A DNA stretch of 45,727 nucleotides, taken from Candidatus Parcubacteria bacterium (GTDB lineage Bacteria > Patescibacteriota > Microgenomatia > Levybacterales > UBA12049). A model generated the notes under the pieces. It was given only the letters and a program-made list of their open reading frames with translations, was not told where the DNA came from and ran no database searches. Below are positions 43,738-45,727 of the stretch, in pieces; the stretch's first letter is position 1, and each line of letters opens with the position of its first letter. The translations under genes were made by a program, and so were the position numbers. The DNA lies in the NCBI GenBank assembly GCA_039798685.1, contig JBDKFM010000001.1, positions 1 through 45,727 of the forward strand, written 5' to 3'.

Positions 43738-45483
43738 TTAGAACAGCTGCTTGACACACTCTACAATCTCCTCCGGATAGAATGGTCTTCCATCATACTT
43801 TCGTAGATTATGCGCAAACACATATCCTGTCTTCTCACGAATCAACCCTTCAAACTGTCCCACTTTTGTATTTTCTATGATAAGAGTTTTCTTTGCTTTT
43901 CCTATCATCTCATTAAATACGACAGAGGGAAAAGGTTCAAGATAGGTTACTTGAAGAAAATTAACGGAAATATTCTCTTTCTTAAGCTGCCGCATCGCAT
44001 CAAGTATCGCAAATTTCGTTGAACCATAGCTCACAATAGTCAGCTGCGAATCAGGATCTCCAATCAATTTCGGACCTGTAAATTCATTATTTAAAATTGC
44101 AACATCGAGCTTCTTGAACCGCTTATCCATCATTTTGATACGCATCGCTGATTCTTCATTGTATAACCCCTTTTCATCGTGCTCATCGCTTCCCGACAAT
44201 GCGATTCCACCCTGCTGTCCGGGTAGACTCCTAGGCGAAATCCCGTCCTCTACGAGCGCATACCTCTTATACTCAGTCTCAGAGAGCGCTTCCTGATCAC
44301 TAACTATTTTTCCTCGCTCAATCTTAAATGAAGCACTGAGCGACTTAAACGCATCAATCTCAACAGTCGCATGTGATTCATTTATATGCTTATCAACAAG
44401 CACTATCACGGGAAGCTGGTATTTCTCCGCTAAATTCAGAGCTTTCATAGTATCCTCAAACGCCTCATACATATCTCCGGGTGCGAGGACTACTTTTGGG
44501 AAATCACCCTGTGGCGAATGAAGTGCAAAACGGAGATCGCCCTGCTCTGTCCATGTCGGCATTCCTGTCGCCGGACCCGGACGCATACCGAGAATTACCA
44601 CGATCGGCGTCTCGGTCTGTGCAGCAAGTCCGATTGATTCAGTCATAAGTGCAAAACCACCACCTGAAGTAGCAACCATTGATCTTGCTCCTGCAAATGA
44701 TGCGCCAAGCGCCATATTTATCCCGGCTATCTCATCCTCTGGCTCTTTCACGACAATGTTATATTTCAGCGCATGAGAGACGAGCATTGTCATCACAGTA
44801 TTTATAGGAGTCATAGGATATATCGCTGCAAATGAAAGACCTGCTCTAATCGCTCCAAATGCAATTGCCTCAGCACCGCTCATGAGCATGTGCTTCTGTG
44901 GCATTGCCTGAATATCTGCGACATGGGTAGGACCAAAATTTTCAACAACATAATCGAACCCTGCTTTTGAAGTGTTAATATTTATCGCGACAACATCCTC
45001 CCCCTTCTTGCCAAATGTATCCTGCATCATTTTCTCAAGAACAGTGAATTCTTTGTAACAAAGCGCTAGGGATGAGCCCACAGAGACAGTATTGATCATC
45101 AAGCGATCCGCTTCGACTTTCTTTGTCAGCTCAAGTAATGGAATCGGAAAAAGCCGCACCGAAACAGGAAACTGCTCAACACTCAGCTTTATCACACTGG
45201 GATCAAATATGACTGCTGCATTTTCTGCAAGTTCATCCATATGCAGCTTTACCGTCTCCGCATTGAGCGATACAAGAATATCAACTGTTTTTTTCTGAGA
45301 AGTTATCGCCTCGTCTGAACCGCGAACATAATATGCATTGTGGCCACCCCGTATCAGTGAAGGATACTCTACATAATCAAACACATGAAGACCAAGACGG
45401 GTAAAAATTTTTGACATCATCAGACCCGTCGTCATAATACCGTATCCCGCCTCACCACCAATCAGCCATTGCAGATCAACCAT
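43738..45483 (-). CDS. 2-oxoacid:ferredoxin oxidoreductase alpha subunit (gamma-alpha fusion, KorA-like)
   Basis: 581 aa. N-terminal gamma-like domain (GGEAGYGIMTTG) followed by the alpha domain (AAIYPMTPIN; GGGFALM). Confidence 0.9.
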   Translation of the reverse strand: MVDLQWLIGGEAGYGIMTTGLMMSKIFTRLGLHVFDYVEYPSLIRGGHNAYYVRGSDEAITSQKKTVDILVSLNAETVKLHMDELAENAAVIFDPSVIKLSVEQFPVSVRLFPIPLLELTKKVEADRLMINTVSVGSSLALCYKEFTVLEKMMQDTFGKKGEDVVAININTSKAGFDYVVENFGPTHVADIQAMPQKHMLMSGAEAIAFGAIRAGLSFAAIYPMTPINTVMTMLVSHALKYNIVVKEPEDEIAGINMALGASFAGARSMVATSGGGFALMTESIGLAAQTETPIVVILGMRPGPATGMPTWTEQGDLRFALHSPQGDFPKVVLAPGDMYEAFEDTMKALNLAEKYQLPVIVLVDKHINESHATVEIDAFKSLSASFKIERGKIVSDQEALSETEYKRYALVEDGISPRSLPGQQGGIALSGSDEHDEKGLYNEESAMRIKMMDKRFKKLDVAILNNEFTGPKLIGDPDSQLTIVSYGSTKFAILDAMRQLKKENISVNFLQVTYLEPFPSVVFNEMIGKAKKTLIIENTKVGQFEGLIREKTGYVFAHNLRKYDGRPFYPEEIVECVKQLF

Positions 45484-45578
45484 AGATTATAAAATTATAA
45501 AGAGACTACACAAAAGAAACAACCCTACGTATATCTGACCCTCTGCAAAAAATCATTCGGACATGCTACTCTTGATAT

Positions 45579-45727
45579 ATGGAAAGTAAAGATGAAAAAC
45601 AGCTCGTCGAACGAGTTGAAACAGTGATTGACCGAGATCGTGTGCTCAATTTCAGCGATGCGATTTTTGCGTTTGCGGCAACACTTCTTGTATTAAAAAT
45701 TGATCTCCCGAATATTCCTCCTGAGCT
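45579..45727 (+). CDS. TMEM175/DUF1211 family potassium channel-like protein (N-terminal fragment; runs off the right edge)
   Basis: Own translation: MESKDEKQLVERVETVIDRDRVLNFSDAIFAFAATLLVLKIDLPNIPPE. The R..xFSD(A/G)(I/V)FA(F/I)A.TLLVL signature of TM1 is present. Confidence 0.7.
   Translation, partial: MESKDEKQLVERVETVIDRDRVLNFSDAIFAFAATLLVLKIDLPNIPPE

Noticed and set aside
1-45727. Alternative genetic code (UGA recoding as in Gracilibacteria/Absconditabacteria).
   Set aside because: Conserved genes (lon, gltX, recJ, secD and others) read full length under the standard code. TGA is used as a genuine stop at operon junctions (733..735, 39112..39114).

Overview
Compact bacterial chromosomal segment of 45.7 kb, roughly 90% coding, with about 50 protein genes and 2 tRNA genes. 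There is no rRNA, CRISPR array, transposase, integrase or reverse transcriptase. All family calls come from motif recognition by eye; no database search was run.

Housekeeping genes dominate: lon, greA, hflX, a DEAD-box helicase, gltX, an archaeal-type aspS, recJ, cca, secDF, nth and a two-subunit 2-oxoacid:ferredoxin oxidoreductase. Envelope and scavenging functions are also prominent: a GT2 plus GT-C glycosyltransferase pair, a second GT-C protein, two penicillin-binding-type serine hydrolases, PAP2 phosphatases, DgkA, DUF3048, DUF4446 and a secreted SNase nuclease. This content, the many 4-nt gene overlaps and the near absence of biosynthetic genes suggest a reduced-genome Patescibacteria/CPR-like organism using the standard genetic code. 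That placement is inference only.

Points worth a second look:
1. At least 10 genes have a near-consensus -10 box exactly 6-8 nt upstream of the ATG and no Shine-Dalgarno sequence. This argues for widespread leaderless transcription and revises several ORF-track starts.
2. A canonical class II Fic gene has a promoter embedded in five TATATGTAAA direct repeats. It lies downstream of a 555-569 aa orphan protein with no recognisable motif.
3. lon carries a CIRCE-like operator over its promoter. It is tightly followed by an orphan protein with a degenerate APH/kinase-like catalytic core.
4. A membrane-anchored surface protein has three ~100-aa tandem repeats and a Pro/Thr-rich tail. It is convergent with a GT-C glycosyltransferase.
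5. A front-end (QxxHH) membrane fatty-acid desaturase is present.
6. A 359-nt non-coding gap next to tRNA-Gln contains a 16-nt duplication of the tRNA 3' end.
7. A 47-aa CxxC...CxxC zinc-ribbon gene is missed by the ORF track and is followed by a multi-hairpin 3' region.

I did not find a clear multi-gene novel system. The Fic/orphan locus and the lon-coupled kinase-like orphan are the best candidates.
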